This document shows, in pieces, positions 37,844-52,216 of a DNA stretch of 64,000 nucleotides; position 1 is the stretch's first letter, and every line of letters begins with the position of its first letter. The notes under the pieces were generated by a model. It was not told the origin of the DNA. It did not search any database and saw only the letters and a program-made list of their open reading frames with translations. Made by a program: the position numbers and the translations under genes. Source of the DNA: Raja brachyura (lineage: Eukaryota); the NCBI GenBank assembly GCA_963514005.1, contig OY740827.1:2542001-2606000 (forward strand), read 5' to 3'.

Positions 37844-40800
37844 TTTTTGTGTTTTTTTTTGTTTATTTTGTAAGTACAATAGTGTGGTACTTGAGTACCT
37901 AATACATACATACATATTTCCATTCTTGTACAACTTCGTATTTTTGATTTAATAATAAAAGAACACTGGGAGAAAAAATAAATAAAGAGTGTCAAAATAG
38001 ATAGACAAGCGAGTGGAAACAGATAGCAAAAGAAATAAAGGGCATAGAAGAGAAGCTGAAAAGATTGAAATAGAAGGAGAAAGTAAAGAAAAGAGAGATT
38101 AGGAGAGATCTACCTATTTCGTATTTTTGCCCATGCGTCACCCGGTTCTAAACCATTTAATTTGTAAGGTTATGTTATGTTGCACCATATGCTTGTAAAA
38201 AGTTGATAAAAGGAGACCAATTCTTTGAGAACTGGTCTACTTTGCCTAGTAGGAGAAATCTCATTTCTTCAAGATGAAGCGTTTCAGACATATTTGACAT
38301 CCACATTTTGAATGTTGGCGTGGTTGCGTTTTTCCAAAATTTGAGTATACGTTTTTTTGCTGTTATTAGACCGTAATTAAGAAAAACTTCTTGGAATATA
38401 GTTAGTTTACTTCCCTCTTCCATTGATCCAAAGATAATCAGTTCTGTATTGGGGTTCAATTTTGTGTTAAACAGTTTTGTAAAAATTCCAAAAATTTAAT
38501 TCCAAAATTTATACAGTTTTATACAAGAGACAAAGGAATGTCTCTTGTATAAAACTGTGGCATTTTGAGTTCGACATTTGTCACAGATGGGGGAAACATT
38601 TGAGAATATTTTATTCAGTCTAGTTTTAGAATAATATAATCTCTGTAAAATTTTAAATTGAATTAGGTTATGTCTTACATTAATTGAACATTTATTTACA
38701 TATAATAACTTTTTTCCCATCTATCATTAGGAATTTTTATCAATAACTCTTGTTCCCAGTCCCTTCTAATTGCCTCTGCCGTTGGTGTTTCTATATTTAA
38801 AATTATATTATATAAGTAAGATATTAAATTGCTTGATTCTGCCTTTCTATTCATTCCTTCCTCCAATAAATCTGGGGTTAGGGTTTGATATCCTTGTATA
38901 TATTTCTTCAAATAATCTTGAATTTGAAGATATTTGAAATATTGATTATTTTTCAAATTATATTTTAGTTGTAATTGTTGGAATGATAAAAGTTTTCCCA
39001 TATCATACATATCTCCCATTGTTTTAATTCCTAATCTTTCCCAATGGATAAACGTTTTATCAATAATGGATGGTTTGAATGAGGGATTATTAGTTGGAGA
39101 AAGAAGCGATAATATTCTTAATTTTAAAGTTAATTTTCTTTGATTCCAAATTCGTATTATACTGTGAATAATTGGATTCTTCTTATATATTACATTATTC
39201 AGTTTCATCGGGGAAAGAAGGATCGCTCCTATATTATAAGGGGAACAATCCTCTTTCTCCATTCTTATCCAATCTACCTGTTGGGCAGAACTGTCCAACC
39301 AATAGATTATATTTTTAATATTCACTGCCCAATAGTAATACAATAAGTTAGGGAGTGTCAGTCTCCCTGATTCTTTAGATTTACACAAGTGTTTTTTCTT
39401 AATTCTATGTGATTTATAATCCCATATGAAGTTTATAATATCAGATTCTAATTTTTGAAATAATTTTTTAGGTAAGTATATTGGTATTGATTGAAATAGG
39501 TACAGTATTTGTGGTAAGATCATTTTTATCGCGTTTATTCTGCCTATTAAGGACATCGGCAGTGTTTTCCAAAATTTAATCAACCCATTTAATTTAGTTA
39601 TTAAAGGCATATAGTTTGCATTGAGTAATGATTTATATTTCCTAGTAATTTGGATGCCCAAAATTCTTAAATTTTTCTGTTGCAATTCTAAAGGGGAATT
39701 TCAACAGATGTATCGGCTCTTGAGGTGTTATCGTCATAATTTCGCTTTTGTTCCAGTTTATTCTATATCCTGAAAAAGAACCAAATTCCTCTATTAAATT
39801 TAGTATATTTGGTATGCTAATTTGTGAATTTGTAATATATAATATGTTGTCTGCATATAATGAAATTTTATTATTTGAGTGTTTGGTATTGTATCCATGA
39901 ATATTCGGATGACTTCTTATACTTTCTGCTAAAGGCTCTATCACTAGTGCAAATAGCAGAGGCGATAGTGCGCACCCCTGCCTATTGCCCCTTGCCAATT
40001 GGAATTTCGGGGATAATATATTATTAGTCAGTATTCTAGCCGTTGGCTTATCATATAATAATTTTACCCATGAGATAAAGTTATCTCCCATGTTAAATTT
40101 TTGCAATACTTTGAATAAATATTGCCATTCTACTTCATCAAAAGCTTTTTCTGCATCCAATGAGATAATTGCTAGGTCTTCTTCAGTATTATGTAAGTAC
40201 ATTATATTAGACAGCCGTCTCAAATTGTTAAATGAGTATCTCTTTGGTATAAACCCAGTTTGATCCGGGTTTATTAGTTTGCTAACATATTTACTCAATC
40301 TTCGCGCTAGTGTCTTTGCTAATATTTTTTGATCTGTATTTAGGAGTGCAATAGCTCTATATGAGCCTGGGTCTTCTAGATCTTTATCCTTTTGTGGTAT
40401 AAGTGTAATAGTTGACTCAGTTAGTGTTTCTGGTAGTTTATTTTCTTTAAAAGCGTATATATATAAATCTTGCAAGCGTGGAGAAATTATCTCATGGAAT
40501 CTTTTATAGAATTCATTACTAAAGCTGTCTGGTCCTGGCATTTTGCCATTCTTCAACAAACTTATTGTTTCTTCTATTTCCTGAAGTGTAATCTGAGCTC
40601 CTAATCCTGCTTGTTCCACCATATTTAATTTTGGAAGATTACAATTGTCTAAGAAATTTGTAATTTGAGTATTATTTGCAGAGGTTTTCGATGTATATAA
40701 ATTTTGATAATATTGAGCAAATCTTTTATTTATATCTTTAGGTAGTGTTAGTAATTCCCCTTTGTCTGATTTAATTTTAGTAATTGTATTTTCTGTTTCC

Positions 40801-43800
40801 CGTTTTTTCAGTTGGCGTGCTAAGAGTTTATGTGGTTTATCACCAAATTCAAATTTTTCTTGTTTTGTAATTTAAAATAATCTTATTATTCTGGCCGATA
40901 AAATTTTATTTAATTTATATTTTAGTATTGTTATCTTATTGTGTTTATCTATAGTTGGTTCTTTAGCATTTTCTAAATATAATTGTCTAATTTCTTGTTC
41001 TAGCTGTAATTGTTCAGTATTATTATTTTTATTTTGGAAAGCTTGATATGAGATTATAGTTCCTCTTATAAATGCCTTAAAGTTTCCCATAATAAGGAGG
41101 GTGAAATATCTGGTGTATCATTTGTCTCAAAGAAGAATTTCATCTGCTCTTTTAAATATGTACAACCTTGTGAGTTGTTTAAGATTTGGGGGTTAAACCT
41201 CCAAAACGATTTTTTGTCAGGCATTCCTTCTAATTTTAAAGAGAAAGTTAACGGGGAATGATCAGAAATAATACTATTGTGATATTTAGCATTATATGTG
41301 TATGGAATTAATTTTGTGTCCACTAAGAAATAATCAATACGTGAATATGTTTTATGAACCGTTGAATAAAATGAATATTCTCTACCTACTGGGTTAGCAA
41401 TCCTCCATACATCTGTCATATTGGTATTTTTCATGTATGTATTTAGGAGTTCACTAGTTTTAGATTTTATGTTAATACTTTTTTGTTTTGCAGGTGTATC
41501 CAAATATGGATCTAAAACACAATTCAAATCTCCCCCTATTACCACATTTTGATAGTTAAGTTCTGAAATTGTATCCAGAATTTTACTAAAAAATTGAGGG
41601 TTGTCAAAATTAGGAGCATAAATATTTATCAAAGTAAGTGGAGTAGAATAAATTTCTCCCGTGACTATGACGTACCTCCCCTCTTTATCTGCTATGGTAT
41701 TCTTTAATTTAAATGGTATACCTTTACGAATGATAATGGCCGTGCCTCTAGATTTAGAAGTAAATGAAGAGTAGTATGTTTGCCCTATCCAATTTGCCTT
41801 CAGTCTTATTTGTGTTTGATATTTCAGATGCGTCTCTTGTAAGAAAATGACATCACTATTTAAAGCTTTTAATTGGGCAAAGATCTTACCCCTTTTATTT
41901 GGTTCATTAGCGCCCCTTATATTCCAGCTGCAGAACGTGATTCCTCCAGTTTTCTTTTGATTATCGTCTTGCATTATGGATCATGTTAATACCTTTATTT
42001 CATATGGTGCAACCAAGAACCTCATTACTCTAGGTGAGGGATGATCATCCCCAGCTATTACATTTTGTTGGCATCTCCCCTTCAGAATAGACCTTGAAAA
42101 AGACCAGAAAGTGTAGAGTCGTGAAAAGATAATTAACAAACAAAAAGTGATATTATAATATCCAAAAATAATGATATTATAATTAAAAACAAACATAGAA
42201 ACATAGAAAAATAGGTGCAGGAGTAGGCCATTCGGCCCTTTGAGCCTGCACCGCCATTCAATGTGATCATGGCTGATCATCCAACTCAGTATCCCGTACC
42301 TGCCTTCTCTCCATACCCCCTGATCCCTTTAGCCACAAGTGCCACATCTAACACCTTCTTAAATATAGCCAATGAACTGGCCTCAACTACCTTCTGTGGC
42401 AGAGAATTCCAGAGACTCACCACTCTCTGTGTAAAGAATGTTTTCCTCATCTCGGTCCTAAAGGAATTCCCCCTTATCCTTAGACTGTGACCCCTTGTTC
42501 TGGACTCCCCCAACATCGGGAACAATCTTCCAGCATCTAGCTTGTCCAACCCCTTAAGAATTTTGTAAGTTTCTATAAGATCCCCCCTCAATCTTCTAAA
42601 TTCCAGCGAGTACAAGCCGAGTCTATCCAATCTTTCCTCATATGAAAGTCCTGACATCCCAGGAATCAGTCTGGTGAATCTTCTCTGTACCCCCTCTATG
42701 GCAAGGATGTCTTTCCTCAGATTTGGAGACCAAAACTGTACGCAATACTCCAGGTGTGGCCTCACCAAAACCCTGTACAACTGCAGTAGAACCTCCCTGC
42801 TCCTATACTCAAATCCATTCGCTATGAATGCTAACATACCATTTGCTTTCTGCACTGCCTGCTGTACCTGCATGCCTACTTTCAATGACTGGTGTACCAT
42901 GACACCCAGGTCTCGTTGCATCTCCCCCTTTCCTAATCTGCCACCATTCAGATAATAGTCTACCCTCATGTTTTTGCCACCAAAGTGGATAACCTCACAT
43001 TTATCCACATTATACTGCATCTGCCATGCATCTGCCCATTCACTCAGCCTATCCAAATCACCCTGCAGCCTCCAAGCATCCTCCTCACACCTAACTACAC
43101 CCCCCAGCTTGGTGTCATCTGCAAATTTGGAGATGTTGCATTGAATTCCCTCGTCCAAATCATTAATATATATTGTAAATAGCTGGGGTCCCAGCAGTGA
43201 GCCTTGCGGCACCCCACTAGTCACTGCCTGCCATTCTGAAAAGGACCCGTTTACTCCTACTCTTTGCCTCCTGTCTGCTAGCCAGTTCTCTATCCACATC
43301 AATACTGAACCCCCAATACCGTGTGCTTTAAGTTTGTATGCTAATATCTTATGCGGGACCTTGTCGAAAGCCTTCTGAAAGTCTAGATATAACACATCCA
43401 CTGGTTCTCCCTTATCCACTCTACTAGTTACATCCTCGAAAAATTCTATCAGATTTGTCGGACATGACTTACCTTTCGTAAATCCATGCTGACTTTGTCC
43501 AATGATATCACCATTTTCCAAATGCGCTGCTATCCCATCTTTAATAACTGACTCTAGCAGTTTCCCCACTACCGATGTTAGACTAACTGGTCTGTAATTC
43601 CCCACTTTCTCTCTCCCTCCTTTTTTAAAAAGTGGGGTTACATTAGCTACCCTCCAATCCTCAGGAAGTACTCCAGAATCTAAGGAATTTTGAAAAATTA
43701 TCACTAATGCATCCACTATTTCTGTGGCTACCTCCTTGAGTACTCTGGGATGTAGACTATCTGGCCCTGGGGATTTATCGGTCTTCAATCCGTTCAATTT

Positions 43801-45364
43801 ACCCAACACCACCTCCCGGCTAACCTGGATTTCACTCAGTTCCTCCATCTTATTTGACCCCCGTTCCACTGCTATTTCCGGCAGATTATTTATGTCTTCC
43901 TTAGTGAAGACAGAACCCAAGTAGTTATTCAATTGGTCTGCCATGTCCTTGTTCCCCATGATCAATTCACCTGTTTCTGACTGCAAGGGACCAACATTTG
44001 TTTTAACTAGTCTCTTTCTCTTCACATATCTATAAAAACTTTTGCAGTCAGTTTTTATGTTCCCTGCCAGTTTCCTTTCATAATCTATTTTCCCTTTCCT
44101 AATTAAGCCCTTTGTCCTCCTCTGCTGGATTCTGAATTTCTCCCAGTCCTCCGGTAGGCTGCTTTTTCTGGCAAATTTGTATGCCTCATCTTTTGTTTTT
44201 ATACTATCCCTGATTTCCCTTGTTATCCATGGATGCACCACCTTCCCCGATTTATTCTTTTGCCAAACTGGTATGAACAATTTTTGTACTTCATCCATGC
44301 AGTCTTTAAATACCTTCCATTGCACATCCACTGTCAACCCTGTAAGAATCACCTGCCAGTCTATCTTGGCCAATTCACATCTCATACCTTCAAAGTTACC
44401 TTTGTTCAAGTTCAGAACCCTTGTTTCTGACTTAATTTTGTCACTCTCCATCCTAATGAAGAACTCAACCATATTATGGTCACTCGTGCCCAAGGGCCCA
44501 CGCACAAGACTGTTAACTAACCCTTCCTCATTACTCAATACCCAGTCTAGAATAGCCTGCTCTCTCGTTGGTTCCTCCACATGTTGGTTGAGAAAATTAT
44601 CCCGCATACATTCCAAGAAATCCTCTTCCTCAGCACCCCTGCCAATTTGATTCACCCAATCTACATGCAGATTGAAGTCACCCATTATAACCGTGTTACC
44701 CTTGTTGCACGCATTTCTAATTTCCTGTTTGATGCCATCCCCAACTCCAATACTATTGTTAGGTGGCCTGTACACAGCTCCCACTAGCGTTTTCTGCCCC
44801 TTAGAGTTTCGCAGCTCTACCCATATCGATTCCACATCCTCCACGCTAATGTCCTTCCTTTCTATTGCATTAATCTCCTCTCTCACCAGCAACGCTACCC
44901 CACCTCCTTTTCCTTTTCGTCTATCCCTCCTGAAAGGGAGGTGGTAGAAAAATTCTTATCGACTTCCGTAGATGTTTTTATATGTTTTGCTCTGCCCCCT
45001 TGACCAATTATTATTAATTGGAAGAGAGAGCGATACAAAGTTTAAAAAAATAAAATAAAATAAAACGCACTCCAATAGATAGATTAGAAATGTATCTTCA
45101 AAGAGGAAAAACAAAATAAAAGAGAATTTCCAACATTAAGTATATACTTAGATATAACAGTGATTATGTTAATTATATATCCATATCTATCGATATGCCA
45201 AGATCTATTACAATTAAGTCTCAAACTTTTGTATAAGGACAACAGCAGGCCCCAAGGGGTTAACCTTGGAACCGGTTTTTTGTCCGACACAAAAGCCCGG
45301 ATAACTTCCAAGTACCCTTGGATAACTTCCAAGTATCTGATTCTCCTCCCCTCCAATTTGCGCG
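37844..45364 (-). mobile_element. L1-clade LINE, 5'-truncated, ORF2 41974-38175 fragmented by frameshifts
   Basis: SWNIRG, LQETHL, YSRIDY, SDH, RQGCALSP and CDKC motifs. Poly(T) at 37842-37870; TSD ggtaatggccactt at 37830-37843 and 45365-45378. Confidence 0.93.
42191..44931 (-). mobile_element. Young 5'-truncated CR1 (HER1-like) LINE with uninterrupted 868-aa EN-RT ORF (44892-42286)
   Basis: YRPP, MGDFN, SDH, GPD, NYRPVSLTS, DFQKAFD, GVPQGS, KFADD and HLEYC motifs, with a (tttctatg)n 3' tail. Confidence 0.95.
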
Positions 45365-46613
45365 GGTAATGGCCACTTGTCGGTACTCGGGGCTCTCGTG
45401 GACATTTTTCAATATGTTGAAAAATCTTCACGAGTCTTCCCGTGCTTAGCTGCTGTTAGCGAGTCTTCCCGAGTACCTGCAGTTAGCGTTACGAGCCGCT
45501 AAGAGACGTCCCCGAGCTCCGATGTACCCGCTACATTCATTCTCTGTGCTTAGCACGAGTTTGATTTTTTAAAAACTCGGGAGAGCTCTTGGAATGAACT
45601 CGTACCATGGGACAGGCCACTAACTTCCACCCCTGACTCTCTAGGATTGCAGGCACACTGCTGGTGTCCTCCACGGTGAAGACTGATGCAAAAAAGTTAT
45701 TACATTCCTCTTCCATTTCTTGATTTCTCCTGCACCATTCTCCAGTGGTGCAACATCCACTCTTGCCTCTTTTTTTACTCTTTATATATCCGTAGAAACT
45801 CTTGCTATCCACTTTTACATAATTGGCCAGCTTACATTCATACTGAAGATAGACACAAAAAAGCTGAACTAACTCAGCGGGACAGGCAGCATCTCTGGAG
45901 AGAACGAATGGGCGATGTTTCTGGTCGATGCCCTTCTTCAGACTGGTTAGGGATAAGGTAAATGTGAGATAAAGACGATGAATGTAAGAATGTAAGATGA
46001 ATGTAGAGAGATAAAGAACAATGAATGTAAGATCGGAGAGCAAGAGGCATCGCAGAGGGGGAGCAGTGAGAGAGGATGAGGCAGAACTGCAATGTTGTGA
46101 ACGATTGCAGCAGGACCTTGATCGATTGGCCAGATGAGCTGAGGAACGGTTGATGGAATTTAAATCAGAGAAGTGTGAGATGTTGAGTTTTGGGACATCT
46201 AACAAGAGCAGGACCTACACAGTTAGTGGTAGGCCTCTGGGTTGTGTTGTAGAGCAGAGGGATCTGGGAGTACAGCTGCATGGTTCCTTGAAGGTCGAGT
46301 CGCAGGTAGATCGGGTGGTTAAAAAGGCTTTAGGCACACTGGCCTTCGTCAGTCAGAGTATTGAGTATAAAAGTTGAGTGATCATGTTGCAGTTGTATAA
46401 GACGTTGGTGATACCGCATTTAGAATATTGTGTTCAGTTCTGGGCACCGTATTCTGGAAAGATATTTTCAGGCTTGAAAGGGTTCAGAGAAGATTTACGA
46501 GGATGTTGCCAGGACTAGAGTGTCTGAGCTATAGGGAGAGGTAGAGTAGGCTGCGTCTCTATTTCTTGGAGCGCAGGTAGATGAGGGGTGATCTTATAGA
46601 GGTGAAAAGATCA

Positions 46614-48105
46614 ACTGGCTGTAGTTTTTACGGACATTTTCAACCTCTCACTTTTGAGGTCTGAGGTTCCCACCTGCTTTAAAAGGGCATCAATTATACC
46701 AGTGCCCAAGAAGAGCAAGGTGACGTGCCTCAATGACTATCGACAAGTGGCACTAACGTCTGTGGCGATGAAGTGCTTTGAGAGGTTGATCATGGCGCAA
46801 ATGAACTCCTAAGTCAACAAAAACCTGGACCCTCTGCAGTTCGCTTCCCGCCACAACAGAACGGTGGATGCGATCTCGCTGGCTCTCCACTCCGCTCTGG
46901 GCCACTTGGACAACAAAACCTCATATGTCAGGCTGTTATTCATTGATTACAGCTCGGCATTTAATACAATCATCCCCTCCAAGCTGGTTACCAAACTAGC
47001 AGAACTGGGTCTCTGCGCATCCCTCTGCAATTGGATTCTCGACTTCCTCATTCACAGACCACAGTCAGTTCGTATTGGTGGAAATGTGTCAGCCTCAATA
47101 ACAATCAGCAAGGGAGCACCTCAAGGCTGCGTGCTTAGCCCCCTGCTGTACTCACTCTATACTCATGACTGCGTAGCCGGCCATGGTGTGAACTCCATCG
47201 TCAAGTTCGCTGTCTATACCACTGTTGTGGGACGTATCACTGATGGGGACGAGTCAGAGTACAGAAGTGAGATCGACCAACTGACCAAATGGTGCCAGCA
47301 CAACAACCTGGCCCTCAACACCAGCAAAACCAAGGAACTGATTGTGGACTTTGGAAGGGGGAGGATGGGGACCCACAGTCCCGTTTATATCAATGGGTCG
47401 ATGGTGGAAAGGGTCAAGAGCTTCAAATTCCTGGGCGTGCATATCTCTGAAGATCTTTCCTGGTCCGAGAACACTGATGCAATCATAAAGAAAGCACATC
47501 AGTGCCTCTACTTCCTGAAAAGATTACGGAGAGTCGGTATGTCAAGGAGGACTCACTCTAACTTCTACAGGTGCACAGTAGAGAGCATGCTGACTGGTTG
47601 CATCGTGGCTTGGTTCGGAAACTTGAGCGCCCGGAGCGGAGAAGACTACAAAAAGTATTAAACATTGCCCAGTCCATCATCGGCTCCGACCTTCCGTCCA
47701 TCAAGGGGATCTATCACAGTCGCTGCCTCAAAAAGGCTGGCAGCATCATCAAGGACAAACACCATCCGGGCCATACACTCATCTCCCCACTACCTTCAGG
47801 TAGAAGCTACAGGAGCCTGAAGACTGCAACATCCAGGTTCAGGAATAGCTCTTCCCACAGCCATCAGACTATTAAACTCTCCTCTGACAAACTCTGAACA
47901 TTAATAGCCCATTATCTGTTTATTTGCACTTATCAGTTTATTTATTCATGTGTGTATATATTTATATAATGGTATATGGACACACTGATCTGTTCAGTAT
48001 TCGTGCCTACTATGTTCTGGTGTGCTAAAGCAAAGCAAGAATTTCATTGTCCTATCAGGGACACATGACAATAAACTGTCTTGAACTTTTGAACTTGAAC
48101 TCTTG
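46614..48105 (+). mobile_element. Rex1/Babar LINE, 5'-truncated
   Basis: [51 protein letters not shown] and KTKELIVDF motifs. (cttgaa)n tail; TSD aagatca 46607-46613/48106-48112. Confidence 0.92.
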
Positions 48106-48234
48106 AAGATCATGAGGGGAATAGATCGGGTAGATGCACAGTCCCTTGCTGAGATTAGGGGAATCGAGGACCGGAGGACATAGGTTTAAGGTGAAGGAGA
48201 AAATATTTAATAGGAACCTGAGGGGTTCCTATTA

Positions 48235-49070
48235 ATAAGGGGGCGCCATCCTGTATGGTATGGCTGCCCAGCCTGCAGCTGTCTGTGTTTCACTCTTTTT
48301 TTAAATTTTTAGTGAGTTAAAGTATTTTGTTTGGATTTTATTCTTTTTTATGTGGGGGGTGGGGGGTGGGGAAGGGGGAAACTACTTTTCCTGGTCCCTA
48401 CCTGGTCGGAGAGGCAGCTTTTCTCCGGGCTGCATCTTTGACCCGTCCTAGCGGCCTACCAGCGGGCCTGGAGCAGCGTTTCTTGAGGAGACCGCCCAGA
48501 ACCTCGGCTTCGGCAGCGGCGCAGCACTGGAGCCCATCGCAGGGCGGAGCGGGCGATGACTTGCCTGGGTCACCGCGTTGGAACTCCGGAGAGCTGAAAC
48601 TGCCGACAAAAAAAACATTGTGGAGCTGCGGGTCTGTGGAATGGCCAGCTGCGGGCGGCGGCGATGAATTCACCATTGGGAGCCAGTGGAGGGGAGCTCC
48701 ATTCAGCGTGGCCTTGTTGGCTTCGGAAGCCGCGGACTCCGGTAAGGAAGCAGCCGTTCCAGGTGTCGCAAGCCGCTGAGAGGATTCTCCCGACACCGGG
48801 GCACCACCACCCGGCGAGAACGGCCTGGAACATTGGGCCTTCGTGAAGGCGACTGCGGAGGCCTCAATAGGCCTGACTATGGGAGGACATGGGATGGGGA
48901 CTGGACATTGTGCCATCCTTCATAATGGGAACCATTGTGGGGGGATGTTTTTTGTATTTAAAATCTCTCTATTATTGTTGTCTGTATTCTTTTTTATGTG
49001 CTGCATTGGCAAAAAACATTTCACTACACCAATTGGTGTACGTGACCAATAAATACCTTTGTACCTTTTG
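48235..49070 (+). mobile_element. Unclassified non-autonomous element (same layout as 20830-21600)
   Basis: ggcgcc..atggctgccc 5' end and gtgaccaataaa..cctttg tail. Possible TSD aggggt at 48221/49072. Confidence 0.55.
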
Positions 49071-49608
49071 TAGGGGTGACTTTTTCACACAAAGGGAAGT
49101 TGGTGAACAAGCTGCCAGAAGAGGCAGTTGAGTCAGGGGCTATTCCAACGTTTAAGAAACAGTTAGTCAGGTACATGGATACTACAAGTTTGGAGGGATA
49201 TGGATCAATGCGTGCAGGTGGGACTATAGTATCTGGGACATGGTGGCCAGTGTGGGCAAGTTGGACTAAAGGGCCTGTTTCTACACTATCACCCTATGAC
49301 TCCAACTCTCGTCAGAGAGAGGGGAACTTCTTCAAAGTAGACATATCTTGAGGAGATTTTGCAGTGGAGCAGACAAAATGTGTAGGAAGGAACTGCAGAT
49401 ACTGGTTTAAACTGAAGATAGACACAAAAAGCTGGAGTAACTCAGCGGGTCAGGCAGCATCTCTCGAGAGAAGGAATGGGTGACGCTTCGGGTCAAGACC
49501 CTTCTTCAGGCTGGTCACATTCGTACTTCATCTTTTCTCTCCATACTGTCCTGGTTGGCCAGTGGAATTCTGCCGTGTGAACACGTTTAACCCTTTGTTT
49601 GTCTTTAG

Positions 49609-49890
49609 ATGCTCCACGGAATCTCTCAATCACTTCCCACGATGACACGAACAGTTCCCGGGTCAGTGTAAAGGAAGGAAACTCTGCAGCAATCCTCTGC
49701 TCCGTCCAGAGTTTCCCAGCATCTAACATGACGTGGAGACATCTCGGTGTCACGCTGAACACAACACGTTCCAGCAACGAGCTGTGGATGGAGTTCCCTC
49801 AGCTGACACAGCAGGATGCTGGGGTCTATCAGTGTGTGGCGGAGAATGAACACGGGACAGCAGAGAGGGATGTGACCCTCACTGTAGAAT
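49609..49890 (+). CDS. Siglec-like exon 6: Ig domain 5 (repeat copy 3)
   Basis: Open 282-nt exon ttag|AT GCT CCA CGG..GAA T|gtgagt, with flanks unrelated to copies 1 and 2. Confidence 0.92.
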
Positions 49891-52216
49891 GTGAGTAGAC
49901 ACACAGTGTCATGTCCCTCAAAATGTCATAAGGTCATATGTGATAGGAGCAGAATTAGATGCCCGAATAACCAAGTCTACTCCGCCATTCAATCATGGCT
50001 GATCTATCTCTGGCTGATTCAATCAATCATGGCTGATCTATCTCTCCCTCTTAACCCCATTATCCTGCCTTCTCATCGAGCCATAGTTGTAGAGCCATAA
50101 AGTCATAGTCAAAGAGAGTGATCCAGCATGGAAACAGGCCCTTTGGCTCAACTTGCTTTCAATGGCCTACATGTCCCAGCTACATTAGACCCAGCTGCCC
50201 ACGTTTAGCCCATATCCCTCCAAACCTGTCCTATCCATGTACCTATCCACGTCTGTTTCATAAACACTGGTTTAGACCCTGCATCAACTACCTCCTCTGG
50301 CAGCTCGTTCCATACACCAACTACCCTTTGTATGAAAAGGTCACCCCCAAGATTCCTGTTTAATCTTTTCCACCTTCACCTTAAACCTATGTCTTCTGGT
50401 CCTCAATTCCCCTACTCTGGGCAAGAGACTCAGTGCTAAAGAAGGAACTACAGATGCTGGAGAATCGAGGGTTACACAAAAAGCTGGAGAAACTCAGCGG
50501 GTGCAGCAGCATCTAAGGAGCGAAGAAGATAGGTGACGTTTCGGGTCGAAACCCTTCTTCATCCTTCGCTCCTTAGATTCTGCTGGACCCGCTGCGTTTC
50601 TCCAGCTTTTTGTGTAACCCAAGAGACTCAGTGCTTCTGCCCGATCTATTCCTCTCATGATTTTATACACCTCTATAAGATCACCCCTCATCCTCCTGCG
50701 CTCCAAGGAATAGAGACTACGCCTACTGAACCTCTCCCTATAGCTTAGGGCCTCGGGTCCTGGCCACATCCTCGTAACTCTTCTCGGTTCCCTTTCTTCC
50801 TTGACAACACGTTTCCTCTATTTCCTCTCTCTTCTTCTAAGATGAAGAAGATTAGTTAAAGTTATTTGAAGCATTGTGTGCAGTTCTGGTCACCACATTA
50901 CAGGAAGGATGTGGTCAGGGTGCAGAATGCTGCCTGGATTAGAGAGTATTAGCAATAAGGAGTTTTAAGGAGGGCACAGTGGTTCAACGGTAGAGTTGCT
51001 GCCTCACAGCACCAGAGAGCCGGGTATGATTTTGACTACGGGTGCTTGTCTGTCGGGAGTTTATAAGTTCACCTCATGACCTATGTGGGTTTTCTCCACA
51101 TGCTCCGGTTTCCTGCCACACTCAAGTCGTACAGGTTTGTAGGTTAATTGACTTGGTATAATTGTAAATTGTTCCTAGTATGTGTGGGATAGTGTAAGTG
51201 TGCGGGATCGCTGGACAAAGGACATATTTCCTAGTTTTATCTCTAAACTAAACTAAAGAGGTTGGAAAGATTTGGATTGTTTTCTATGGAGTTGATAAGG
51301 TCATAACGTCATAAGTGTAAGGAGCAGAATTAGGCCATTCGGCCCATCAAGTCTACTCCGCCATTCAATCATGGCTGACCTATCTATCTCTCCTAACCCC
51401 ATTCTCCTGTCTTCCCACAACCCCTGACACCCGTACTAATGAAGAATCGATCTATCTCTGCCTTAAATATATCCACTGACTTGGCCTCCACCTTCGTCTG
51501 TACAGCAGTGGAGATACACAACCCGGTTCAAAGGCTGAGGGGAGACCTGATAGAAATATATAAAACTATAAGATGCATAGAGAAGTTAGACGGTCAGAAT
51601 CTTTTCCCCATGGTAGAATGGCAAGGTTGAGAGGGCAGAGCTTTAAGGTGAGAGGGGAAAATCGTAAAGGAGATGTGCGGGGCAAGTTTTACAATACGAT
51701 ACGACACGATAGCACTTTATTTATCCCAGGAGAGAAATTGATCTGCAACAGTCATAAAAACACAAAATACATGAAACATAAAATTAAAGTGACGAGTGCA
51801 TAGGCTTGGGGGATGTGCAAAGATTACGTGGGGGGGGGGGGGGGGGGGAGGGAAGTCAGTCTCAGTCTACCCCACGACTGAAGGGGGAGGAGTTGTACAG
51901 TTTGATAGCCACTGGGAACAAGGATATCCTGTGGCATTCTGTGCTGCATCTTGGTGGGACCAGTCTGTTGCTGAAGGTGCTCCTCAGGTTGACCAATTCG
52001 GCCCTTCAAGCCAGCACCGTCATTCAATATGATCATGACAGATCTACTAAAATCAGTATCCCCGTTCCAGCTGATTCCACATATCCCTTGATTCCGTTGG
52101 CCCTATGTGCTAAATCTAACTCTCTCTTGAAAAAAATCCAGTAAATTGGCCTCCACTGCCTTCTGTGGCCGAGAATTCCACAGATTCACAACTCTCTCGT
52201 GTCTTGTTCCTCCCAG

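Larger units (their letters stand above)
37757..45618. mobile_element. MITE / non-autonomous DNA transposon (Harbinger-like termini) split by an L1, itself inside an old CR1
   Basis: ~38-bp inverted termini gccctgtcccacggtacgagttcattccaagagctctcc / ggagagctcttggaatgaactcgtaccatgggacaggcc. Confidence 0.7.
46060..49290 (+). mobile_element. CR1 3' fragment split by Rex1 and an unclassified element
   Basis: QDLDRL..MEF..KCE..RDLGV..HLEYC.., resuming after 48112 and after 49071. Confidence 0.8.
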
